Below, one piece after another: positions 56,419 through 64,000 of a DNA stretch of 64,000 nucleotides. Both the position numbers and the translations under genes were made by a program. Below the pieces are notes generated by a model. The model was not told the origin of the DNA, did no database searches, and saw nothing but the letters and a program-made list of their open reading frames with translations. Numbering within the stretch: the first letter of the stretch is position 1; every line of letters begins with the position of its first letter. The stretch is from a virus, in the IMG/VR virus record IMGVR_UViG_3300025728_000008, positions 64,001 to 128,000 of that record. The stretch is one strand, 5' to 3'.

Positions 56419-59163
56419 ATGGCTTTAAGCGGTAGTTTTGGTACAGATTTTGGTGGCGGTTATCGCTTACAATTAGAATGGTCTGCTACCCAAAATATTT
56501 CAAATAACACTAGTACAATCATGACACGCCTTTACTTAATCAGTAAAGGTTCGTCATGGACAATTAATTCAAGTGCTAGTAAGTATGTAGAATTAAATAT
56601 TAATGATGGCTCAGACCATTATTCATCTAAGAGTGAAGGTGGACTTGCAAGCCTTGGAGGAAACCAGAAGAAAGAAATTTTCTGGCATTCATTTACTGTT
56701 GGTCATAATAGCAATGGTACAAAGTCTGTTTATCTTGCAGGTAGATTTGATGTTAATGTAACAATTAGTGGGAGTTATGTCGGAAGACTAGATACTAGTC
56801 AAACAGTTACACTGGACACAATCCCTCGAAATTCACAGATTACGACTCAACCAGACATTACAGCAGGAAGACCTCATTCATTTACTCTAGAAAGATATTC
56901 ATCAGAATTTGACCACGGAGTAGAATTTTTTGTTGCAGGTCAATTTATTAAACGATTGGATGGAGTAGGTACAAGTGGTACATTTAACTTCTCTAAAGAT
57001 GAAGTTTATATCATGTATCAGAAACTTCAAGCAAATGGATATAATCCAGTTAGTTGTGCGATAAGAGTTTTCACATATAGATATGGAACACAAATAGGAA
57101 GTTATGTTGAACGTGGTGGAACTTGTTATAATTGGGGTGGTGGTTATGCATCATTTGCAGGTGTTAATAACTATGGTGATTCAATTTCCGTAACAATAAA
57201 CAATGGTCATCCAGATATGAGATATAACACAAACTTTACTTTAAATGGAGTATCTATTAAGAATCAGAATGACATGACACAAGGTGTAACTAATGTATCA
57301 TTCTCTGCTGAAAAACAAGCAATGTTAAATGCAACACCTACAGTTACAGGAGCTATGGGTAGAGCTACAGTAACAACTTATTGGTATAAGAGTGATGGTG
57401 TAACAAAAATTCAAGTTGCTAATCCAATTTATTCTGACTTTTGGGCGAATGGAGGGAACGCACTAGTAGACCCTACATTTAATCCTACAATTACATATGC
57501 CGATACAAATAATGACCCTGCAAAGGGTAACACATTAGCAGTAACAGGTAATAACCAATATATTATACAAGATATGTCATTAGTAACTGTTACTCTTGCA
57601 GGGGCAACCAAGGCTACTACAACAAATGGAACAACTATTAAAGAATATGTTGTGTCATTAGGAGGTAAGCAAGTAACACAAGCCCATACAGCAGGAACTA
57701 CAGATATAACATTTGTCATTGGGTCAGTTAGTTCAACCACAAATTTAACTATCGAAATTAAAGCTATTGATAATCGTGGAAGATATAAATCAGCATATAA
57801 AACAGTTACAATTGTTCCATATTCAAAACCCACTTTAGTAGCAAATGTAACACGTGTAAACAACTTTGAAAACTCAACAGAAATTACAATCAATGGAACA
57901 ATTTCTCCTTTAGTTGTAAATAGTTCTGCAAAGAACATTTTATCATCTCTGAAATACAGAAGCAAAACAACGGTTGGAGGAAGTTGGAGTGCTTATTCAG
58001 AAATAAAAACAACAGCAGTAATTACTGGCTCAAACTTCTCACATCCAAAAATAACTAATACTTATGATAATAGTTATGCATACTCTTTTGAAATTCTTGT
58101 TCAAGATATATTCGGTGCAACAAGCCAGATGCAAGTTAACAGAACTATTGAAAAAGGTAAGCCATTATTCTTCATAGACTATGAGAAATCAACTTTAGGA
58201 GTCGGTAAGTTTCCAGAAAACGCCAACAATGGAATGGAAATTGTAGGAAGACTTGAAGCAGATGGTATTACTTCTAAAATGGGAGTCTTTCAAATTGGTT
58301 CACTAACTAGAGCGAATCATGGTAATGGTGCTACAGAGTTTGCCTACAATGAACTGACAACTGATTTAAATATACTAGGTCGAAATTGGGGTAATAATAC
58401 AACTCATGATATTAATATGAGAGTTTCTGGAAGAATCTACGCAAAAGAAATTTATGCTTGGAATAATGGGGGAATCTGGTTTGATGGTTGGGGAAATATC
58501 AAAGGAACAAATATGGCAAACACAGCAGGTAATACTTGGTCTATTAAAGATGGAGATGACCGAAATAGATTCTTAACATATATCGGTAAAGGCTCGACAG
58601 GTTCAACAGAAATTAGCTCTTACACAAACGGTATTGACTTCTTTCATGACAATTATAAAGCTCTCATGGTATACACTAGTAACTATGGTGTTAATAGAAT
58701 CCTTCAATTCGGCAATGGTAATGGTGGTATTTTTAAGTGGCAACAACTTGCTTTAAATTCAGAAGGAAGATTTGAGTTTAGGAAAAGTGATGATTCAGAT
58801 TGGGCAAAATTAAGTGGAACATGGGTTGACCCATCATCTAGAAAATACAAGAAAAATATTGAAACATATGAAGAAAGTGCAATCGACATTATTATGAACG
58901 CAACACCAGTTACTTATCATTTCAAATCTCAAGCAGATGAAGAAAAGAAAATGATTGGACTTATTGCAGAAGATGCACCACATATCATTCAAGCAGATGA
59001 AGAAGGAACAGGTATTAATACATACGGTATGATTACTGTTTCATGGAAAGGCATTCAAGAAAACACTTTAGAAATTAGACAGAATACAGAAAGTATCAAC
59101 CAGTTAACAAAGACAGTTAAAAGACTTGAAGAAGAGATTAAATATTTGAAAGGGGAAATTTAA
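56419..59163 (+). CDS. Receptor-binding tail protein (DUF859-like N-terminus) with C-terminal S74 intramolecular chaperone
   Basis: QNISNNTSTI...TLDTIPRNS; PSSRKYKKNIE...IGLIAED...KGIQE, then coiled coil. Confidence 0.82.
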   Translation: MALSGSFGTDFGGGYRLQLEWSATQNISNNTSTIMTRLYLISKGSSWTINSSASKYVELNINDGSDHYSSKSEGGLASLGGNQKKEIFWHSFTVGHNSNGTKSVYLAGRFDVNVTISGSYVGRLDTSQTVTLDTIPRNSQITTQPDITAGRPHSFTLERYSSEFDHGVEFFVAGQFIKRLDGVGTSGTFNFSKDEVYIMYQKLQANGYNPVSCAIRVFTYRYGTQIGSYVERGGTCYNWGGGYASFAGVNNYGDSISVTINNGHPDMRYNTNFTLNGVSIKNQNDMTQGVTNVSFSAEKQAMLNATPTVTGAMGRATVTTYWYKSDGVTKIQVANPIYSDFWANGGNALVDPTFNPTITYADTNNDPAKGNTLAVTGNNQYIIQDMSLVTVTLAGATKATTTNGTTIKEYVVSLGGKQVTQAHTAGTTDITFVIGSVSSTTNLTIEIKAIDNRGRYKSAYKTVTIVPYSKPTLVANVTRVNNFENSTEITINGTISPLVVNSSAKNILSSLKYRSKTTVGGSWSAYSEIKTTAVITGSNFSHPKITNTYDNSYAYSFEILVQDIFGATSQMQVNRTIEKGKPLFFIDYEKSTLGVGKFPENANNGMEIVGRLEADGITSKMGVFQIGSLTRANHGNGATEFAYNELTTDLNILGRNWGNNTTHDINMRVSGRIYAKEIYAWNNGGIWFDGWGNIKGTNMANTAGNTWSIKDGDDRNRFLTYIGKGSTGSTEISSYTNGIDFFHDNYKALMVYTSNYGVNRILQFGNGNGGIFKWQQLALNSEGRFEFRKSDDSDWAKLSGTWVDPSSRKYKKNIETYEESAIDIIMNATPVTYHFKSQADEEKKMIGLIAEDAPHIIQADEEGTGINTYGMITVSWKGIQENTLEIRQNTESINQLTKTVKRLEEEIKYLKGEI

Positions 59164-59165
59164 TT

Positions 59166-59672
59166 ATGGTATTTGATAATTTAACAATGTATGAGAAAGA
59201 ATTGATTTTACAAGGATTGGAGAATATGAGTTTATCTAATCAAAACAATCTTGCTAGTGCTCTAGCTCAAAAGTTTAATTGTGCAGTTTGGCAAGTTACT
59301 CCTACTCAATTTCTAGATTATCACAAAGATATAAAATTGAGAATCTTAGATGAGCAATGTGAACTAGGAATCAAAAATGGATTCACCTCAGTAAATGGAC
59401 ATCGTTATCGGTTAAATGATGCAGACCAAATAAACTTCTTAGGTATGGCAGAAAGACTTTCACGCAGACCAGAGATGACAGAAGTAGAATGGAAAGTAGA
59501 AGATTTACAAGGTTATGTAACTCATACAAGAGCAGAATGGTTAGCAGTACAAGATGAAGCTTTTGACCATAAATTCGGTCAATTGATGAAATATAATCAA
59601 TTAATCACAACTGTAAAAAATGCCACTAATCACGCAACAATCGTTGCAGTTAAATGGGAAAACCCACTTTAA
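59166..59672 (+). CDS. DUF4376-like tail-fibre-associated protein
   Basis: GFTSVNGHRYRLNDADQINF...WK...VAVKW. Confidence 0.65.
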   Translation: MVFDNLTMYEKELILQGLENMSLSNQNNLASALAQKFNCAVWQVTPTQFLDYHKDIKLRILDEQCELGIKNGFTSVNGHRYRLNDADQINFLGMAERLSRRPEMTEVEWKVEDLQGYVTHTRAEWLAVQDEAFDHKFGQLMKYNQLITTVKNATNHATIVAVKWENPL

Positions 59673-59695
59673 TTATAACATAGGAGGAAAAGGAA

Positions 59696-59860
59696 ATGCA
59701 AGGACAAATTGACATTAATTTTTTAGTAAAGAGATATAAAGAACAGGTTGGAGAGCAAGCAAATAAGATTATTTATTTAGAAGCTTATATCGAACAATTA
59801 GAAAAACAAATCTTAGATGATGCAAAAGCAAAAGAAGAAGAAACAGAAGATAAAAAATAA
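59696..59860 (+). CDS. 54-aa coiled-coil protein (absent from the ORF track)
   Basis: RBS AGGAGG; MQGQIDINFLVKRYKEQVGEQANKIIYLEAYIEQLEKQ...*. Confidence 0.75.
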   Translation: MQGQIDINFLVKRYKEQVGEQANKIIYLEAYIEQLEKQILDDAKAKEEETEDKK

Positions 59861-59871
59861 TGGTATAAATT

Positions 59872-59900
59872 CCTGCTAGGCGAGAGTCTAACCTAGCAGG
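59872..59900 (+). terminator. Hairpin before the lysis cassette
   Basis: CCTGCTAGG-11nt-CCTAGCAGG. Confidence 0.55.
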
Positions 59901-59928
59901 TCTTATTAAAAATTAGGAGGAATTTTAA

Positions 59929-60879
59929 ATGGCTATTTCAGTAAGACAAAAATTGGTGGATTCTAGTAAGTATGGTTTAAAGTGTCCAAACGCTATGACA
60001 GCTCAATACATTACAATTCACAATACTTACAATGATGCAAGTGCAAACAATGAGGTGCAGTACATGATTACAAACAGTAATGCTACTTCATTCCACTTTG
60101 CAGTTGATGATTTCGAGGTTGTTCAAGGTATCCCTACAAACCGTAATGCTTGGCATTGTGGAGATGGGAATGGTAACGGTAACATGAAATCTATCGGAGT
60201 TGAAATCTGTTACTCATTAAGTGGTGGAGACAGATATAAAAAAGCGGAAGCATTAGCTGTAAAGTTTACTGCTCAACTTTTAAAAGAGCGTGGATGGGGA
60301 ATTGACCGTGTTAAAAAACACCAAGATTGGTCTGGTAAATATTGTCCACACCGTATCTTAGCAGAAGGACGTTGGCAGTCATTCCTTAATGCTGTTCAAA
60401 CAGAATTAAACGGTGGAGGTTCTACTAACCCACCAACTAGTTCTACAGGTGTTGTTAAAGTCGTTACAACAGGTTTGAATCTACGTACACAACCAAGTGC
60501 AAGTGCTCCAATCATCCGTCAATTAGGTTTAAATGAAACATACCAGTTCTGGGCAGTTTCTAATGGATGGTACAACTTAGGTGGAGACCAATGGGCTTAT
60601 GGAGACAATGGTAATTACTTACAAGTTGTTAGTGGCGGAAGTTCTGTAGCTCCTGCTCCAGAGCCAAAACCAGAGCCAAAACCAATCACAGGTACAGCGT
60701 ATATCACAGGATATAACGTAAACCTTCGTAAAGGTGCAGGAACAGGTTACTCTGTAATCCGTCAATTAAATGCACCAGAATCATATAAAGTATGGGCATT
60801 AGTAAATGGATGGTTAAATCTTGGTGGAGACCAATGGATTAAAAATGACTCTTCATTTGTTCGTTTCGTACAAGACTAA
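59929..60879 (+). CDS. Endolysin: N-acetylmuramoyl-L-alanine amidase (Amidase_2) with two SH3b domains
   Basis: ITIHNT, SFHFAVDD, AWHCGDG, SIGVEIC, KHQDWSGKYCP; two LNLR/VNLR...GWxNLGGDQW repeats. Confidence 0.95.
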   Translation: MAISVRQKLVDSSKYGLKCPNAMTAQYITIHNTYNDASANNEVQYMITNSNATSFHFAVDDFEVVQGIPTNRNAWHCGDGNGNGNMKSIGVEICYSLSGGDRYKKAEALAVKFTAQLLKERGWGIDRVKKHQDWSGKYCPHRILAEGRWQSFLNAVQTELNGGGSTNPPTSSTGVVKVVTTGLNLRTQPSASAPIIRQLGLNETYQFWAVSNGWYNLGGDQWAYGDNGNYLQVVSGGSSVAPAPEPKPEPKPITGTAYITGYNVNLRKGAGTGYSVIRQLNAPESYKVWALVNGWLNLGGDQWIKNDSSFVRFVQD

Positions 60880-60948
60880 TATAGTCACAGAATTACAAGG
60901 GCTTGAATTAAAAGGGGTTGCATAAAAAGATAGGGGAGGAAGTCGATT

Positions 60949-61269
60949 ATGGATTTCTTACAAATTTTCACGGATGCAGGATTGTTAACAGCTCTCTCAA
61001 CCCTTCTCGGTTCTGGTATTACATATTTTGTAACAAAGAATACTAACAAGAAAGAACTGGCAATTAATGACAGAATGCAACTCTCTAAAGACCAATACCA
61101 ATTAATTGCAGAATTACGTCAGATGATGCAAGAGCAAAGAGAAGAGATTGAAAACTTGCGAGATGAGATTAAACAACTACAAGCTGTTAACTTAAATCTA
61201 ACATTGGAAAACAAACACTTGCAAGAGAAAATTACTGAACTAAACCAACGTTTAGACGGTAAATTTTAA
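60949..61269 (+). CDS. Holin-like protein (single TM plus coiled coil)
   Basis: N-terminal hydrophobic helix; lies in the lysis cassette. Confidence 0.6.
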   Translation: MDFLQIFTDAGLLTALSTLLGSGITYFVTKNTNKKELAINDRMQLSKDQYQLIAELRQMMQEQREEIENLRDEIKQLQAVNLNLTLENKHLQEKITELNQRLDGKF

Positions 61270-61337
61270 TTAATTAAATTATACCATGCTTGTTGATAAA
61301 TGTCAATGAGCATGGTCAATTCAAAGGAGAATGACAG

Positions 61338-61673
61338 ATGGAAAATATCCAAGTAGAACTAGTAAATCTTGCTGTTGCAATTTTGACAGCATTAGTAGGT
61401 TTAGCAACAAAATCAGTTATGAGTTTCTTAAAGAAAAAAGGAATCGTTGCACAAGTTCAAAATAACAAAGAAGTAGTTTCTATTGTAGTTAAAGCAGTTG
61501 AACAGATGTATGGACAACTTAAAGGTGAAGAAAAGCTTAACATGGCTAAGATGGAAATCATCAAGTTAATGCAACAAAAGAAAATCAAAATGACAGAAGC
61601 AGAAATTGATTTAATGATTGAAGCTATGGTTAAAGAAATGAAAGACCAAGCTAACTCAGAATTAAAAAAATAA
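61338..61673 (+). CDS. Holin, LL-H family
   Basis: N-terminal TM; VKAVEQMY...GEEKL...IEAMVKEM. Confidence 0.82.
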   Translation: MENIQVELVNLAVAILTALVGLATKSVMSFLKKKGIVAQVQNNKEVVSIVVKAVEQMYGQLKGEEKLNMAKMEIIKLMQQKKIKMTEAEIDLMIEAMVKEMKDQANSELKK

Positions 61674-61695
61674 ACAAATAGAAGGATGATGTTGC

Positions 61696-61875
61696 ATGTT
61701 TACAGTCGGTCAAACAGTTATTGTTAATCAAGGTGGAATTACCTATACAGGAAAGATTCTTAAAGTTTATGAATCTTCTCAGAAGTTGTTATTACTTTTA
61801 AATGACAACGGGCAAATGGTCGTGCCTATGCAGTATTGTACTCCTATGAAAAATAGAATCTCAGAAAGAGACTAA
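61696..61875 (+). CDS. 59-aa hypothetical protein, SH3/Sm-like pattern (absent from the ORF track)
   Basis: RBS GAAGGA; MFTVGQTVIVNQGGITYTGKILKVYESSQKLLLLL...*. Confidence 0.65.
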   Translation: MFTVGQTVIVNQGGITYTGKILKVYESSQKLLLLLNDNGQMVVPMQYCTPMKNRISERD

Positions 61876-61888
61876 GAGGTGAAATTAA

Positions 61889-62563
61889 ATGGCAAACTTT
61901 ATCAATATTATATTAGATACAACTGCACCAAGTAATCCATATGTCAACATCAATGGAGGTGCTACGTTTACTAATACAGAATTAGTTACAATTGCTATTG
62001 GAACTACAGATGAGGATACTACAGGTTATCAGATTAAAATCTGGGGAACAGTTGATGGAGCATATGACACAAATATCCAGACTACAGAAGGTGCATCTCA
62101 ATGGATTTCATACGCTGATTCCAAACAGATTAAACTTTCTAGTGGTGATGGAAGTAAACAAGTTTCTATTAAAGTCAGAGATGATGTTTACAATGAATCT
62201 AGCGTTGCACAAGACAATATCAATTTAAGCACTACAATTCCTACAGTTAATGTTGGAGCACCAGATACAAGCAAAATTTCTAAGAAAGCACAAAAGAATG
62301 TTGCATCATTTACATTCTCATGTCCAGAAGCATTTGAAGAGTACAAGGTTAAAGTTGTTACTTCTACAGGAGCAGTTGAAAGTTCTGGAACATTAATTGC
62401 AACAGCTAACGGAAGTTCAAACACATCTGGTAATGCAGGTGGATACAATGCACCAATCACTGTAACAATTACTGGTACAGATTTAGAATTAGCATCTAGC
62501 GGTGACGGTTCTAAAATCATCAAAGTATTCGTTAAGAATAGTGCAGGAACATGGTCTGTATAA
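61889..62563 (+). CDS. Ig-like virion accessory protein
   Basis: LDTTAP, INGGATFTN, LSSGDGSKQV duplicated motif. Confidence 0.65.
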   Translation: MANFINIILDTTAPSNPYVNINGGATFTNTELVTIAIGTTDEDTTGYQIKIWGTVDGAYDTNIQTTEGASQWISYADSKQIKLSSGDGSKQVSIKVRDDVYNESSVAQDNINLSTTIPTVNVGAPDTSKISKKAQKNVASFTFSCPEAFEEYKVKVVTSTGAVESSGTLIATANGSSNTSGNAGGYNAPITVTITGTDLELASSGDGSKIIKVFVKNSAGTWSV

Positions 62564-62566
62564 TTT

Positions 62567-62594
62567 AGGGGTTGCTTATGCAACCTCTCTTTTT
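62567..62594 (+). terminator. Intrinsic terminator
   Basis: AGGGGTTGC-ttat-GCAACCTCT followed by CTTTTT. Confidence 0.75.
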
Positions 62595-62613
62595 AGATAA
62601 AAGGGGGATTAAG

Positions 62614-63066
62614 ATGAATTTTATCATTCTAGAATTAGATACAACAGCTCCAACTATTGAAATTTATGCACCTGCATATACCGTAAGAGAAGCAAGTGTT
62701 GAGGTTACAATTGAAGCAGATGAAGAAATAGGAACACCTAATGAGATTTATGTGATTGATGAAAGCGGAACAAGACATGATTATACTTTTAGTAGAGCAG
62801 GAAATTATTTGACGGGCATTCTAGATTTCAATGGATTCCCTTTAGGACTAGCCAGACTATTTGTTCGTGTTACGGATACGGTTAATAATGTTTCAGAATT
62901 GTATGAGAAAACTATTACTGTGAGAGAATCATTAACTATACTAAAACCAGTTATATCTGATTACATAGCAAATATACAAACAACAGATATAAAACGGAAA
63001 ACAGAAATAATTGACAAGGATAGACAAATTGCTATTTCAAATGGTAAGAGTCGAATTAAGGAGTGA
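62614..63066 (+). CDS. Ig-like protein, paralogue of 61889 (ORF track start 62572)
   Basis: MNFIILELDTTAP; RBS AAGGGGG before ATG 62614. Confidence 0.65.
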   Translation: MNFIILELDTTAPTIEIYAPAYTVREASVEVTIEADEEIGTPNEIYVIDESGTRHDYTFSRAGNYLTGILDFNGFPLGLARLFVRVTDTVNNVSELYEKTITVRESLTILKPVISDYIANIQTTDIKRKTEIIDKDRQIAISNGKSRIKE

Positions 63067-63356
63067 GTAATATGAATATATATCAATATGGTGATACAGT
63101 TAGATTTGAATGTGTGTTCTATAATTTTGAAGGTGAAAAAATAGACCCACAACTAATTAAGGTAGTTATTTATGACCAAAAATATAAACAATTAAAAGAA
63201 GAAGTTTTAACGTCAGTTAACAAGAAATCAGTTGGGGAATATTTTTATGATTATACAACACCTAAAAAAGAACAGAAACTTTATTATGAATGGTATGGAG
63301 AAATTGATGGCACACCATCTCTTCGTAGAGGTTCATTCATGACGAAATTTATTTAG
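63063..63356 (+). CDS. Small Ig/BppU-like protein
   Basis: YGDTVRFECVF...DP...GEYFYDY. Confidence 0.6.
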   Translation: MSNMNIYQYGDTVRFECVFYNFEGEKIDPQLIKVVIYDQKYKQLKEEVLTSVNKKSVGEYFYDYTTPKKEQKLYYEWYGEIDGTPSLRRGSFMTKFI

Positions 63357-63370
63357 AGAGGTGTTAGTTT

Positions 63371-64000
63371 ATGGGTATAGTAACAAATGGATTGATTGCA
63401 TATTGGAATGCTCAACAAGGTATATCTGGTACTACATGGAATAATATTGCTCCTGCAAATGAAGGTAAATTTGCTTTAACATTAGCTAATACAACAGTTG
63501 AAAGTGATAGGGTTTTATTTAAAGGATTAACTACCAGTAGAGCTTTATCATCTGAAAATGTGGCAGGGATAACATCTCATACTGTTGAAATGTTTATAAG
63601 TGCAGATGCTTTATATGAATTTGCAGGTGGAGTCCCTTTTTATGCTATTACTACTATGAGTAATCGTGGCGGATTTATTTTAAATACAACCAAGGACATT
63701 AACAGGTTAGAATATAGCGACACTAGTGGAAGCACTTTTGCAATAACACCAAATAATTCTATTGTTAAAGGTTCAATTGTTCAAATAATTGCTATAGTTG
63801 ATGCATTAGATTTAAGTGTTACTTTAGGTGTAAATGGTTCAATATTAACTAGAACAACAACTACTTTTTCAAGTTTGCCAAAATTAGTAGGATTAATTAC
63901 ATTGGGGGTAAGAAAATATAACACTAGTTATTTTGACCCATTTAAAGGTTATATTTATTCTACTAAAATATATAATAGAGTTCTTACACCAGAAGAGATA
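63371..64000 (+). CDS. LamG/ConA-like lectin-domain protein (runs off the right edge)
   Basis: RBS GAGGTG; MGIVTNGLIAYWNA...FKGYIYSTKIYNRVLTPEEI. Confidence 0.75.
   Translation, partial: MGIVTNGLIAYWNAQQGISGTTWNNIAPANEGKFALTLANTTVESDRVLFKGLTTSRALSSENVAGITSHTVEMFISADALYEFAGGVPFYAITTMSNRGGFILNTTKDINRLEYSDTSGSTFAITPNNSIVKGSIVQIIAIVDALDLSVTLGVNGSILTRTTTTFSSLPKLVGLITLGVRKYNTSYFDPFKGYIYSTKIYNRVLTPEEI

Larger units (their letters stand above)
1..64000. mobile_element. Part of a large temperate Bacillus siphophage / phage-plasmid genome (SPbeta-like late gene order)
   Basis: Contiguous terminase-portal-protease-capsid-tail tube-tape measure-Dit-Tal-fibre-endolysin-holin order; tRNA cluster; no host housekeeping genes; Firmicutes-type RBS and sigmaA promoters. 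Confidence 0.95.

Noticed and set aside
37085-57965. Long antisense ORFs within the tape measure and fibre genes (155-178 aa)
   Set aside because: They mirror codon bias on the sense strand and have no RBS or recognisable motifs.
47147-59163. Diversity-generating retroelement or invertible fibre cassette
   Set aside because: No reverse transcriptase, no TR/VR pair and no inverted fibre fragments were seen.

Overview
A 64 kb, AT-rich segment of a large temperate Bacillus siphophage with an SPbeta-like late-gene order. The closest match from memory is the Tsamsa/PBC2-type phages of the B. cereus group (inferred, not searched). Left to right: (1) the end of a leftward early region (YopX-like ORF, RecD2 helicase); (2) a plasmid-like block with ParM actin plus adaptor, six helically phased A6 tracts, two small membrane proteins, an M23 peptidase, a VirD4/TraG-like ATPase and a Replic_Relax protein; (3) a tyrosine recombinase with a degenerate HxxR motif, and a tandem winged-helix Rep-like gene beside a 39-bp inverted repeat enclosing a nearly pure A/T core (candidate origin); (4) sigma-r4 HTH, HU, PIN-PhoH and a beta-helix enzyme; (5) a short sRNA candidate, six tRNAs and a DIP1984-like coiled-coil gene followed directly by a ~280-nt structured RNA carrying about ten 7-8 nt repeats ending in UAG; (6) complete packaging, head, tail and lysis modules, including a second intact recombinase, a 3114-aa tape measure and a YiiX-like moron; (7) a post-lysis Ig/LamG cassette. 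The best candidates for undescribed systems are the DIP1984-like protein with its repeat RNA, and the minimal DNA-transfer module that may be under sporulation-sigma control. All family assignments come from visual motif recognition and synteny, and no database search was run.
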